A stretch of DNA of 64,000 nt from an uncultured Chloroflexia bacterium. GTDB taxonomy: Bacteria; Chloroflexota; Anaerolineae; JAAYZQ01. Position numbers and translations under genes: made by a program. The first letter of the stretch is position 1. The number at the start of each line of letters is the position of its first letter. Shown here in pieces: positions 19,371 through 30,105 of the stretch. The stretch is taken from positions 960,001-1,024,000 of the forward strand of contig CAVOXA010000001.1 of assembly GCA_963700285.1 (NCBI GenBank), given 5' to 3'. A model generated the notes under the pieces. The model searched no databases, was not told the origin of the DNA, and saw only the letters and a list, made by a program, of their open reading frames with translations.

Positions 19371-20584
19371 ATGACGACAGACACGCGCGGACCTGATGTA
19401 GGTCTGCAGAGGATATCGGAAGACCAGTACCTGCCCTGCACCCGCTGTGGTTTGTGCTCCCATGCCTGCCCAAGCTACCGCGCCTACCGCACCCAGACCT
19501 ACTCGGCACGTGGCCGAGTGGCTCTGCTTCGCGCTGTTAGTCAGGGAGACATGGAAGTCGGCGAGACCTATGGAGACAGGTTCTACACCTGTACCCTGTG
19601 CGCCGCCTGTGACCAGGTCTGTCCCAGCGGGGTGAAGGTGGAAGAGCTTTTGCTCGCCGGCCGGGAAGAGATCGCCCTCCGTGACCAGCTACCGCCGAAC
19701 CTGACGAACCTCAGCCAGGCCATCCACGAGAGCCACAATATCCTGGGCGAGGACAATGTCGCGCGCCAGCTCTGGGCGGAGAACATGGAGCGTCCGCCTT
19801 CGGGCAGTGCCAAAGAGATCGCCGAGGTAGCCTTTTTCGTGGGTTGTGTGAGTTCGCTCTTTCCGCGTAGCTATGCGGTCCCACAAACATTCGTCCAGAT
19901 CCTCGATACTGCCCAGGTGGACTATACCTTGCTGGGGGGGAAGAGTGGTGTTGCGGCTACCCGCTGATGGTCAATGGCCTGCTACCGGAAGCAGGGGATA
20001 TGATCCGCCACAACATCGCCGCGGTACATGCCAGGGGCGTCCGGATGGTCGTGTTTACCTGCCCGTCTTGCTACCACGTTTGGAAGCATGTCTACCCCGA
20101 CATCGCTGGGGCAGAAATGGGCGACCTGGAACTGCTGCACGCCACCGAGTACCTGGCCCGGCTCCTTGACGATCCACCTGCCTCGGGAGCCACTGCCGGG
20201 GATGGACAGAGGCTGCCTCTGCATGAGCTGGACCTGAGGGTGGCCTATCACGACCCCTGCGATCTGGGGCGCAAGAGCGGCGTTTACGAGGCGCCCCGCC
20301 GCGTCCTGCGCAGCATTCCGGGCGTGACGCTGGTAGAAATGGTCGACAACCGGGAGAATGCGCTGTGCTGCGGAGGTGGGGGAAACGTCGAGACCTATGA
20401 CCCTGACTTGGTTGCCGCAATCTCCAGCCGGCGTCTGGCCCAAGCCCAGCAGGCCGGCGCCCAGGCCATTGTGTCAGCCTGCCAGCAGTGCGAGCGGACC
20501 CTGGCCGCTGCGGCCCGCCGGGATCGCGTGCGGCTGCGGGTCATGGATATCGCCGAGATCGTCTGGAAGGCAGTGGAGAAATGA
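19371..20584 (+). CDS. Fe-S oxidoreductase, GlcF/HdrD-like (2x 4Fe-4S + CCG domains); frameshift at G7 run 19934-19940
   Basis: CTRCGLCSHACP, CTLCAACDQVCP, YHDPCDLGR, CCGG; adding one G restores LGGEEWCCGYP. Confidence 0.88.
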
Positions 20585-21966
20585 TTGAGGACAAAACGAT
20601 CGAAAGACTCTGCAATCTGGTGGGCGCGGAAAACGTACATTCCGCCGGTGAGGATCTGCATTGCCATGCTTTCGATGGCACGATTGCGCACCATGAGCCT
20701 GACCTTGTCGTGACACCCAGAAGCACAGAGGATGCCAGCCAGGTGCTCCGTGTCGCCTCCGAACAAGGCATCCCTGTCGTGCCGCAGGGGATGGCCAGCG
20801 GTCTGGCTGGCGGTTGCGTGCCCACTTCAGGGGGCATCGCCCTCAGCCTGACGCGCATGGACCGTATCCTGGAGATCGACCGTGCGAACATGACGGCCAC
20901 GGCCGAGGCGGGCCTGATCACGGCCGTGTTGCAAGAAGAGGTGGAGGCGCTGGGGCTCTTTTACCCGCCTGATCCTGGTAGTCTCAAACACTCTACGCTG
21001 GGCGGCAACGTGGCCTGCAACGCTGGCGGACCCCGCTGTCTGAAATACGGGGTGACCGGTGACTATGTCATGGGCCTGACCGTCGTACTGGCCGATGGTC
21101 GCGTATTGCGGACGGGGGGCAAGGCCATCAAAAACGTCACCGGCTACAACTTGACTCAGCTCTTCGTGGGCTCCGAGGGTACTCTGGGGGTTATTACCGA
21201 GGTTCTGATTGGGCTAATCCCCAAGCCAACCTACGTGCAGACTCTCCTTGGTATCTTTCCCCGGCTGGACGACGCCAGCCGCGCGGTCAACAGCGTGTTG
21301 GCCGCTGGCGTGGTCCCGGCCACCCTGGAGCTTATGGACGAGACGGCCATCGCTTGCATTGAGGAGTTCATGCACCTGGGCTTGCCTCTGGACAAGGAAG
21401 CGATCCTGATCTTGGAGGCAGATGGGAATGACGAGGCGGCCGTATTGCGCGAGATCAAGACAATCGCCGACCTGTGCCGCGAGAGCGGCGCCTCTGAGGT
21501 CCAGATGGCACAAAGCGAGGCGGAGCGGCAGGACCTGTGGCAAGCCCGGCGCAGCCTGCTTCCCTCCTTGGCGCGCCGCGCACCGAATCAGCTACTGGAG
21601 GACGTGACCGTACCGAGGAGCGAGATTCCAGCTATGGTACGGCGCGTCAAGGAGATCAGCCGCCGGTACGATCTGCCCCTCGTCGTGTTTGGTCACGCCG
21701 GCGATGGCAACCTGCATCCCACCATCCTGTTTGATAATCGGGACGAAACACGGTGGCCCCTGGTCGAACGCGCGGCCCATGACACCTTCCTTGCCGCGCT
21801 AGAGCTTGGCGGTACGCTCTCCGGCGAACACGGGATCGGGATGCTCAAACGGGACTATATGGAGCGCGCCCTGGGGTCGGTGTCCATCGAGGTACATCGC
21901 AACCTCAAGCACGCCCTGGATCCCCAGGGCATCCTGAATCCGGGGAAGGTATTCCCGCCCAACTAG
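20581..21966 (+). CDS. glcD: FAD-linked 2-hydroxyacid oxidase (GlcD/D-lactate dehydrogenase family)
   Basis: YPPDP, GGNVACNAGG, KYGVT, GSEGTLG, GHAGDGNLH, SGEHGIG, LNPGK. Confidence 0.92.
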   Translation: MIEDKTIERLCNLVGAENVHSAGEDLHCHAFDGTIAHHEPDLVVTPRSTEDASQVLRVASEQGIPVVPQGMASGLAGGCVPTSGGIALSLTRMDRILEIDRANMTATAEAGLITAVLQEEVEALGLFYPPDPGSLKHSTLGGNVACNAGGPRCLKYGVTGDYVMGLTVVLADGRVLRTGGKAIKNVTGYNLTQLFVGSEGTLGVITEVLIGLIPKPTYVQTLLGIFPRLDDASRAVNSVLAAGVVPATLELMDETAIACIEEFMHLGLPLDKEAILILEADGNDEAAVLREIKTIADLCRESGASEVQMAQSEAERQDLWQARRSLLPSLARRAPNQLLEDVTVPRSEIPAMVRRVKEISRRYDLPLVVFGHAGDGNLHPTILFDNRDETRWPLVERAAHDTFLAALELGGTLSGEHGIGMLKRDYMERALGSVSIEVHRNLKHALDPQGILNPGKVFPPN

Positions 21967-22052
21967 TCGGAGGTGGGGCGTTGCTCTCTGCGCTGGGGAA
22001 TAATCCAGGAGGGGCAAGATACCAGACAGTGGCTTGAACGTAGCCCTGACGG

Positions 22053-22907
22053 CTAAAGGTCCGGTCCGACCATCTCCAGCTGGAAGCATTCCGGCTGTGT
22101 CGTTGAATGCAGGTACCCGGCTGCAATCTCGGGATGGTGCTCGAAAACGAGCAGTACCTGGTTCTCGACGGCCCAACGCGCCAGACGCCGCTTGGTCTCA
22201 ATGCTAACCAGGGGTTGTACGTCGTAGGCAGCGACGCAGGCCAGCCACTCGATGTGGATGGGCCACGTAGCCACATCCCCCAAAAAGATCGCTGTCTGTC
22301 CGCGGCTTTCCACGACGACGCACTGGTGGCCTGGAGTGTGTCCTGGAGTGAGGATGACACAAACCTCGCTGGTTAACCGCGTGTCGCCCTGCAATATGCG
22401 CAACTGCCCCGATCGCTCCAGCGGTTCAAAGTTTGCTGCATGGTAGACGGCCCTGGTTCGCTCGTTGGGATACATTGCCTCAGAGATCTCCAGGCGCTGG
22501 ACGCAGTAGGTGGCGTGGGGAAAGACGGGCACAAGATTGCCGCTCTCGTCATAGTGTGTGTTGCCTCCACAGTGATCGCCGTGCAAGTGGGTGTTGATCA
22601 CCATGTCTATGTCCTGTGGCCGAATACCCAGTGCACCCAAACTGCACAGAAGACGCCGCTCACCTTCTAGATCGACAAAGGAACGTTCTTTGTCTGACAT
22701 CTTGTCACCGGAGCCGGTGTCTACCAGTATGCGTTGTCCGTCCGTCTCGATGAGCAAGCAGCGCTGCTCCAGGGGAACGCGGTTCGATTCATCTGGCTGT
22801 CTGATCAGCTGCCACTCTTCCTTGGGCATAGTCCCAAACAGGCCACCTCCGTCCGACCAATACAAACCATCAGAAACGAGGCGCAGATCCACGTTACCGA
22901 GACGCAT
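22053..22907 (-). CDS. MBL-fold hydrolase (YtnP/AHL-lactonase-like)
   Basis: DGGGLFG, THLHGDHCGG, TPGHTPGH. Confidence 0.88.
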   Translation of the reverse strand: MRLGNVDLRLVSDGLYWSDGGGLFGTMPKEEWQLIRQPDESNRVPLEQRCLLIETDGQRILVDTGSGDKMSDKERSFVDLEGERRLLCSLGALGIRPQDIDMVINTHLHGDHCGGNTHYDESGNLVPVFPHATYCVQRLEISEAMYPNERTRAVYHAANFEPLERSGQLRILQGDTRLTSEVCVILTPGHTPGHQCVVVESRGQTAIFLGDVATWPIHIEWLACVAAYDVQPLVSIETKRRLARWAVENQVLLVFEHHPEIAAGYLHSTTQPECFQLEMVGPDL

Positions 22908-23081
22908 CGTTTATTCCCTCGGGTGAATTGAGCTGTCGATCACAGCCTGGTACCCGCATTCTAGCATCAAAGAGCGCAAAGACCAAACAAAGGACCGAAG
23001 CGTACGAAGGGAGAGTAGCAATCTTGATGGTGCCGGATGTCTTATGCCAACCGCGTCCCGTAGGCGGTCGTTCCTCGTTGC

Positions 23082-24715
23082 TCATCCGCCCGGCGTATGG
23101 GAGGGGGGCGGACCCGTCGCCCCGGCGCGGGCGGCCTCGCGGTCGAGATACCCGGGTGGGACAGTGCCCTCTATCATCGCCCAGGGGAGCGCCTCGTCAT
23201 CGGCTCGCTGGCCAAGTAGTTCTCCAGGGGACAGATCCGCCTCGGCCAGCGCCTCTCGCCAGGCTGCCGGTGTCAGGCGCTCGGTGGCCAGGATCGCCTT
23301 GGCCACGCGCCGGTCTCCCCGGGCCAGCGTGCCCTGAATCTCGGCCCAGGCCGGGCTCTCTGACTTGACAGCAATGTTGCGCTTGCGCAGAACTCTCTCG
23401 ACGTAACCTATTCTTCGCCTGACTGTCTTGGCTGGTGTCTGGGCCAAGCGTTGGAAGGGCGTGTGGGCCTTGGGCACAAAAGGCGTGAGGTTCACTGTTA
23501 CCAGCCGTGGAAAGCGACCCGCGCAGGCCAGCGCCAGGTCAACCAGAGCTTCCAGGTCGCTCTCATCTTCGGTGGGCAACCCTACCATGAAGTAGAGCTT
23601 GACCTGTTCAAAGCCGTACAGTGCAGCGAGTTCTGTGGCGCGCAGCACGTCGTCCTCGCTCTGGTCCTTGTTGACGACTGCCCGCAGTCGCTGCGAACCA
23701 GCCTCAGGGGCGATGGTCAGCGTCCGAGCGCCTGACTCCGCCAAAGCCCGGATCAGCGGTTCTGACACAGGATCCACGCGCATGGAGGAGACGCTGATCC
23801 GTGCGCCCAGCGCCCGCAGTTCTACAGCCAACTGGTCGATCTGTCGATGGTCGGAGACAGCTGCGCTGACCAGGCCGATGCGTTCGGTGTGGTTCAGCAG
23901 CTTGCGCGCCTGGTCCAGGATGCTCTCCACGGACCGCTGCCGGGCAGGGCGATAGGTATAGCCTGCCAGGCAGAAGCGGCAGCCGCGGCCGCAGCCCCGG
24001 GCAATCTCGATGAGGCCCATGTCCGCGAATTCGGTGTCGGGGGTGAGGATGACCGAATGGGTCGGGAAGGCGTCCAGATCTGGGAGGTACTGGCGGGCGA
24101 CAGGTTTTCGGGTTGCAGTTTCGGGCTCGGCGTTCGGCAGGTAGAGGCCAGGGATCTGCGAGAGGGCTTCCAGCGCCCTATCACGATCGTCGGTGACCAG
24201 GTGCAGGGCATCGGTGAGGGGGCCAAAGATAGGTTCCACTTCGCCGACAACGACGGCATCCAGCAGGGGAGCCAGAGGTTCAGGGTTGGCGGACAAGGCC
24301 GGCCCCCCTGCAATGATCAGGGGGTGGCTTTCGTCACGGTTGGCAGCCAGGGGTGGGATGCCTGCAGCCCGGAGCAAGAGCACCAGGTTAAAGTAGTCCA
24401 TCTCGTAGCTGAGGGAGAAGGCGATGACGGGAAAGTAGTCAAGCGGCGAGCCACTCTCCAGGGCAGACGGAGATACGGAGTTCTGTCCGGTCTGCGTTGC
24501 GATGCGCAGGCGGCACAAAGACGCGCTCGCACACGACGTCTTGCCGGGCATTCCACAGCCCGTATAGCGAGTGCAGGGCCAGGCTGGACATGCCCAGGTA
24601 GTAGGTGTTGGGGAAGGCGAGAGCGATGGGCAGCCTCCCGCCCCAGTCCTTCCGGACCGTGCCGCGTTCCTTATCCAGGACGCGATTTAGCTCAGCCGCT
24701 CTGTTGCCAGCTCAT
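23082..24715 (-). CDS. Radical SAM protein with B12-binding-like N-terminus (frameshifts near the 5' end)
   Basis: CGRGCRFC, APEAGS, KLYFMVGLP, PFVPK.HTPF; an upstream frame reads ERGTVRKDWGGRLPIALAFPNTYYLGMSSL. Confidence 0.85.
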
Positions 24716-24736
24716 ACTTGTGGGTGATGGACATGG

Positions 24737-25417
24737 CTAGTTGGCTCCCGATCCAGGTGTCTCCAGGGAACCATAGATCCAACGACTTAGTTGAATGGTC
24801 CAGTCGCGGGGTAAGCCCCAGCCCTCCAAGACAGTGGAGACGATGCCGACTGCTTCTCGGGCACTCAACCAGGCGCGGTTGGGCCAGGGAATGGCCGCCA
24901 GATCTGTGCTGGTCGGGCTGGGGTAGACGGTGACCCCCTGCCCCTCGAACAGAATGCGGGCGCGTTCCAGGTGAAGGGGGTGGCTTACCAGGATGGCTGT
25001 CTGCAGGCCATGATTGGCAAGCAGGTTGCGGGTGCTGATCGCGTCCTCCTGTGTGGTCATGGCCCCATCCGCCAGCAGTACTTTCTTGGCAGGCACTCCT
25101 TGGGAGACGGCCAAGTTGCAGGCCACCGATGCTGCGGATAGTTGATCGTCCTGATAGCCTCCGGTGCAGATCAGGTAGGGAGCCAGCCCCTGCTGAAAAA
25201 GGCGGACACCGTGCAAGGTACGCGAAGTCAAGTCGGGACCGGGCTGGCCGTCCGCTTCAACACGGGCACCCAAGACGACGATGGCGTCTGCTGGTTGGGA
25301 CTGGTCGCGGGCGCCTGTGCGGTTGATCTGCCAGGCGAGGGCCAGAAATGCTGCTATGCCTGCCAGTAGCAGCAGAGCCATCCCCATCACAATGGTGCGA
25401 ACAAGCTGGCGGAGCAT
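24737..25417 (-). CDS. YdcF/DUF218 family protein
   Basis: N-terminal TM helix, DAIVVLGA, TGG, VS...HL.RA. Confidence 0.85.
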   Translation of the reverse strand: MLRQLVRTIVMGMALLLLAGIAAFLALAWQINRTGARDQSQPADAIVVLGARVEADGQPGPDLTSRTLHGVRLFQQGLAPYLICTGGYQDDQLSAASVACNLAVSQGVPAKKVLLADGAMTTQEDAISTRNLLANHGLQTAILVSHPLHLERARILFEGQGVTVYPSPTSTDLAAIPWPNRAWLSAREAVGIVSTVLEGWGLPRDWTIQLSRWIYGSLETPGSGAN

Positions 25418-25510
25418 GGCGCAATTATAGCACAGATCTGAGGGTAGCGAAAGCAGTCGAGCGACTGCTGTTTCCTCCAGGAATCTGTGAACTCTGGAAG
25501 CCAGGACGGT

Positions 25511-27945
25511 CTAGCACTCACTGTAGCCGCAATTCAGGCACTTGCGGCAGCCCTCCATCGACACGTAAGATCCCTCGCCACAGTCGGGACACAGGTCCGC
25601 CTTGGTGCTGGGGATGGCAATTGGTAGAGCCAGTTGCTCTGGCGGCTGCTCGGAATCGACCACGGCAATGTGGCGGGCTAGTACCTGGGCAATGGCGTCG
25701 GGCAGGGATCGCACGCGATTGGGACCAAAGCCCAGCGGCCGCCGGCCGCCAATGCCGGAGAGTTGGTCGATGACCTCTGTCAGCCGCTCCTGGGCGGTGA
25801 GAGGGGAGGGCATGCGCAGCGCCAGACTGATCAGCCGGCCGATGGCTTCGGCCACAGCGGCGGTGTCGGAGCCGGCTTTGCCCACGTTGGCAAACACTTC
25901 GAAGGGATCTTTGTTGCCGTTCTGATTGATGGTGATGTAGGCGGTTCCCAGCGGCGTCGGCGTGCGGTAGGTGGTGCCAAGTAGGGTCATCGGCCGGGGT
26001 TTGCGTGATTCGGCCTGATAGTCTACCCGTTTTCTTGGCTGCCTTATCTCCTTGAAGCTCCAGCACCACCTTTTCTCGGGAACCTGTCACATAGACTGTC
26101 AGACCCCTGCAACCCAATCGCCACGCCAGGCGGTAGGCATGAGCGATGTCAGCCGGTGTGGCATCTTCTGGAAAGTTGATGGTTTTTGAGATGCTGTTGT
26201 CCACAAACGCCTGAATGGCAGCCTGCATTCGCACATGCTCCTCAGCAGGGATGTCATTGGCTACGACAAAGACATGGCGTATCTCGTCAGGCACTTTGGG
26301 GACATTCTGGCAACTGCCGGTCAAGGAAACCTGCTGGACGATGCGATTGCAGGCATCTTCATCCAGCCTGGCATCCTGGAGTGCACGCATGAACAGCGGG
26401 CTGGAGTAGGTCAGTTCAACGTCCGTGTCATGATCTTGAAATGGCGTATGTAGGCCAGGGCAAAGGCCGGTTCGCAGCCATAGGCCTCGCAGCCAGAGAC
26501 CGTGGCGATGGTGCCGGTGGGAGCGACGGTTGTCTGGGCGGCATTTCGGATGCCATGAGCCTTGATGCCCTGGACAATCTCGCTCCAGTCGAGGATAGGG
26601 CGGCCAAAATCGTGGATGTACGGCGAGAGAGGGGTGGGTGGGCGCCACTGAAGATTGGCCGGATCATAGATGCTGCCTTCAATGGTCGGAAAGCTACCCC
26701 TGGTTTTGGCCCGGTCGACACTGGTGCGCATGGTGTGGTAGCGGATGAACTCCATCACCTGAGCAGCCAACTCTTCACTCTCGGGGCTGCCATAGCGGAT
26801 GCCTACCCGGAACATGAGATCGCCGAGGCCCATGATCCCCAGCCCAATACGTCTGGCACGGTGGGCCGACTCTTCGATCTCTGGTACGGCAGGCACGTAC
26901 TTGTTGGCGTCTACCACATTGTCCAGAAATTGAGTAGCCAGCTCGACCGTCTCCTGAAGCTTGGCCCAGTCCACATTGTCCTTCTGGCGTCGTGTGCTGC
27001 GCCAGGTTGACCGAACCAAGACAGCAGTTCTCATAGGGTCCCAGCCACTGCTCCCCACATGGATTCGTGGCTTCCAGTTCGTACAGGTGCGGAACAGGGT
27101 TGCTGCGGTTTGCGACGTCCAGAAAGAGCACGCCTGGCTCGCCATTGCGGTGGGCGTGTGTGACAATCTCGTCAAAGACCTCTCGGGCGTTGAGCTGTTT
27201 CCACACGCTGCCATCCTGGGGGTTGACGAGTTCGTATTCCTCGTCTGCCTCCACGGCTCGCATGAAAGCGTCTGTGATCCCAACTGAGATGTTAAAGTTC
27301 GCAATGTCCCCTTCCTGGCCCTTGCAGCGTATGAAATCCAGGATGTCGGGATGATCCACGCGGAGCACAGCCATGTTGGCGCCCCGGCGCGTGCCGCCCT
27401 GGGCAATCTCGCCGAACGCTTTGTCATAGACCCGCAAAAACCCAACCGGGCCGGTTGCCACACCCTTGCTGGTGCTGACCTGGGCTCCCTTGGGACGCAA
27501 CCGTGAGAAGGAGAAGCCGTTGCCTCCGCCGGTCTGCTGGATCAGCGCCGCCACGCGCAGTGTGGAGAAAATGCCTGCCGGATCGCGCCCCATGTCGTCA
27601 TGAATGGGCAGGACAAAACAGGCAGCAAGCTGGCCGAGCGGCGTCCCCGCCCCGGTGAAGGTGGGGGAGTTGGGCATGAATCGGAAGGAGGTCAGCATCC
27701 TGTAGAAGGCACCTGCGGCGGCAGTGGTATCCTCTCCGTATTCAGCGCCTGGCGCCGCCACCACACTGGCCACTCGCCAGAACATCTGCGTTGGGAGTCT
27801 CTGCTGGCTCACCATCTGGTCCATGCCGCAGATAGCGTTTGTGCAGAACGGTCAGGGCGTTGTCGCTCAGCGGTATTTCCCCGTCCAACCAGGACGGGAT
27901 GTCGTCTGTAGGGTCTTGCATCATGACTTTGCTTTGCTCAGGCAT
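25511..27945 (-). CDS. nrdJ: Class II (adenosylcobalamin) ribonucleotide reductase, split by several frameshifts
   Basis: [49 protein letters not shown]-terminal TSCPD-like domain with CPDC...CLNC ribbon. Confidence 0.92.
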
Positions 27946-27975
27946 TCTGCTTTCTCGCTTATGTTCAGCTTACGG

Positions 27976-28468
27976 CTACAGATCGAGTTTCATCTGAGCT
28001 TTGTGAATCGTCTCCTGCTGCCGGCGTTCAAGCAGGCTCTCAATCTCGTCAGCCAGGTCTTCAACGTCGGCAAAGCGGCGGTAGATCGTGGCGAATCGAA
28101 TGTAGGCTACCTCGTCCAGCTTGCGCAGGTTCTGCATCACCATCTCACCAATCTCGCGGCTTGTTACCTCGCGGCTGCCCCGGTGATAGAGTTCGCTTTC
28201 GATGCCGCTGACCAATTCCTCGATGCTGTCTGTGGCCACCGGTCGCTTGGCGCAAGCGATCTGAACTCCATCGACGATCTTGTCGCGGTCGAACGGTTCC
28301 CGCCGGCCATCTCGCTTGACGACCATCAGCCGCAGGGGCGCCACCCGCTCGTAGGTCGTGAACCGCCGCTGGCAGTCCTCACATTCCCGCCGCCGGCGAA
28401 TACCGCTCCTCGGCACTGCGCGTATCGATAACGCGAGAGTTTGTTGAAGCGCAAAACGGACACTTCAT
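27976..28468 (-). CDS. nrdR: Transcriptional repressor NrdR (one frameshift near 28408)
   Basis: MKCPFC...SRVIDTR / [21 protein letters not shown] cone, VAYIRFA. Confidence 0.95.
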
Positions 28469-28585
28469 GATTCCACTCCGGTAGCAATCCTGGGCCGTTG
28501 GGAGACAAGATGGTCAGGTTGATCCCAAGGGGACCTGCGAAAACAATGGGAACGCTTCACCAGGAAGGTTTCCACACCGCTTTTG

Positions 28586-28669
28586 GCACTATATCTCGTG
28601 GGTATTGAGCACATGATCCACAAGATGTGGTAGCCAGACAACTATACCACAAACTGGCCAAGACTGCAA
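28586..28669 (-). promoter_or_regulatory. nrdR-nrdJ promoter with tandem NrdR boxes
   Basis: TTGCAG-17-TATAGT with extended TG; boxes (+ strand) gcaCtAtATcTcGtgg 28586-28601 and ccaCaAgATgTgGtag 28618-28633, 32 bp apart. Confidence 0.85.
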
Positions 28670-28729
28670 GCGGCGGGCAGCCTTGCTTGGGTAATGTCCG
28701 CCTGGTTTTAACTTTGCGTTCAAACACAA

Positions 28730-28759
28730 CTCGCCCCCTTTCGATGGAAAGGGGGCGAG
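28730..28759 (-). terminator. Intrinsic terminator-like hairpin downstream of ftsZ
   Basis: CTCGCCCCCTTTC-gatg-GAAAGGGGGCGAG perfect 13-bp stem; T-rich tail on the - strand. Confidence 0.65.
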
Positions 28760-28927
28760 AGGGATGCGATAGCCCCCTGAGGGCAAGGGGGTAGACGCCA
28801 ATCCTGCGGACATGCCCCTACGGCAAGGTCCGATAGGATGCCTTCTGGACATGCAGCACCAACTACCCCAGGGTCCATCCTGGGGCAGAGTATTCAGATG
28901 GCAACGCCAGCCCTGGCGGCTCTCTGG

Positions 28928-30036
28928 CTAGCGACGGCGCAAGAAGGACGGGATGTCCAGATTGTCGCTGTCCACCGTTCGGGCGGGAAAGTCGTCGATC
29001 GGTACAGCTCTGGGTGCAACCCTCGGCTGATTGCTCGCTGCGGTCGCAGTACGAACGGAGACTGGGCGCTGCTGGGTTGCTGCGTCGAAGCCGGTGGCGA
29101 TGACGGTGATGCGGATCTTGTCGCTCATGGTCTCGTCGAGCACCGCGCCAAAGATGATGTTGGCCTCCGGGTGCGCCGTCTTGCGGATGATCTCGGCGGC
29201 CTCGTTGACGTCGAACAGGGACAGGTCGGGGCCGCCGGTGACGTTGAACAGGATGCCCCGCGCGCCATCGATGGTCACGTCCAGCAGCGAGCTGGCAATG
29301 GCTTGCTCTGCGGCCTCAATGGCCTTGTTCTCGCCCTCGCCGTGGCCAATGGCCATCAACGCCGCACCACCCTCGGCCATGATGGACCGCACGTCGGCAA
29401 AGTCGAGGTTGATGAGGCCGGGCACCGTGATCAGCTCCGAGATGCCCTGAATGCCCTGCCGAAGCACGTCGTCGGCCACGCGGAATGCCTGTTGAATGCT
29501 GGCCTTCTTGTCCACGATCTCCAGCAGACGGTCGTTGGGGATGGCGATCAGGGTATCCACGTGGTCTTTGAGCTTCTCGATCCCGTCTTCGGCCACCTGC
29601 CGGCGCTTGATGCCCTCAAAGGTGAACGGCTTGGTCACAACGCCGATGGTCAGCGCTCCGGTCTCTTTGGCGAGTGCGGGCGATGACTGGCGCAGCGCCT
29701 GTGCCGGTGCCGCCGCCCATCCCGGCGGTGATGAACACCATGTCGGCGCCACCGATGACCTCGTACAGCTCATCGCTCGACTCCGTCGGCGGCTTTTTCA
29801 CCGATCTCCGCGTCGCCTCCGGAACCAAGCCCCTTGGTCAGCTTGTCGCCGATGCGTACACGGTTAGGTGCATCTGACAGCATCAGCGCCTGGGCATCGG
29901 TGTTGACGGCAACGAACTCGACGCCGCGCAGCCCCTCCTCGATCATGCGGTTGACGGCGTTGCTGCCGCCCCCGCCTACGCCCAGAACCTTGATCCGGGC
30001 AAAGTTCTCTACATCTGGAAGTGTTGGCTGTTGCAT
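28928..30036 (-). CDS. ftsZ: Cell division protein FtsZ (two frameshifts, ~29784 and ~29680)
   Basis: [39 protein letters not shown]; AAGGAGG RBS. Confidence 0.97.
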
Positions 30037-30105
30037 GTCTCCCTCCTTAGACAGTATGTTCTGATGATGATCTGATTGTTCAGTCAGCATTTTGTACGCC
30101 TGCTC

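Noticed and set aside
19934-19940. G7 tract as a phase-variation switch or programmed frameshift
   Set aside because: The tract is short, and similar indels hit essential genes nearby, so sequencing error is the simpler explanation.
25511-27945. Split nrdJ as intein- or intron-containing, or as a two-subunit NrdJa/b
   Set aside because: The pieces overlap and join by small indels into a normal-length enzyme. No intein or homing-endonuclease motifs are present.
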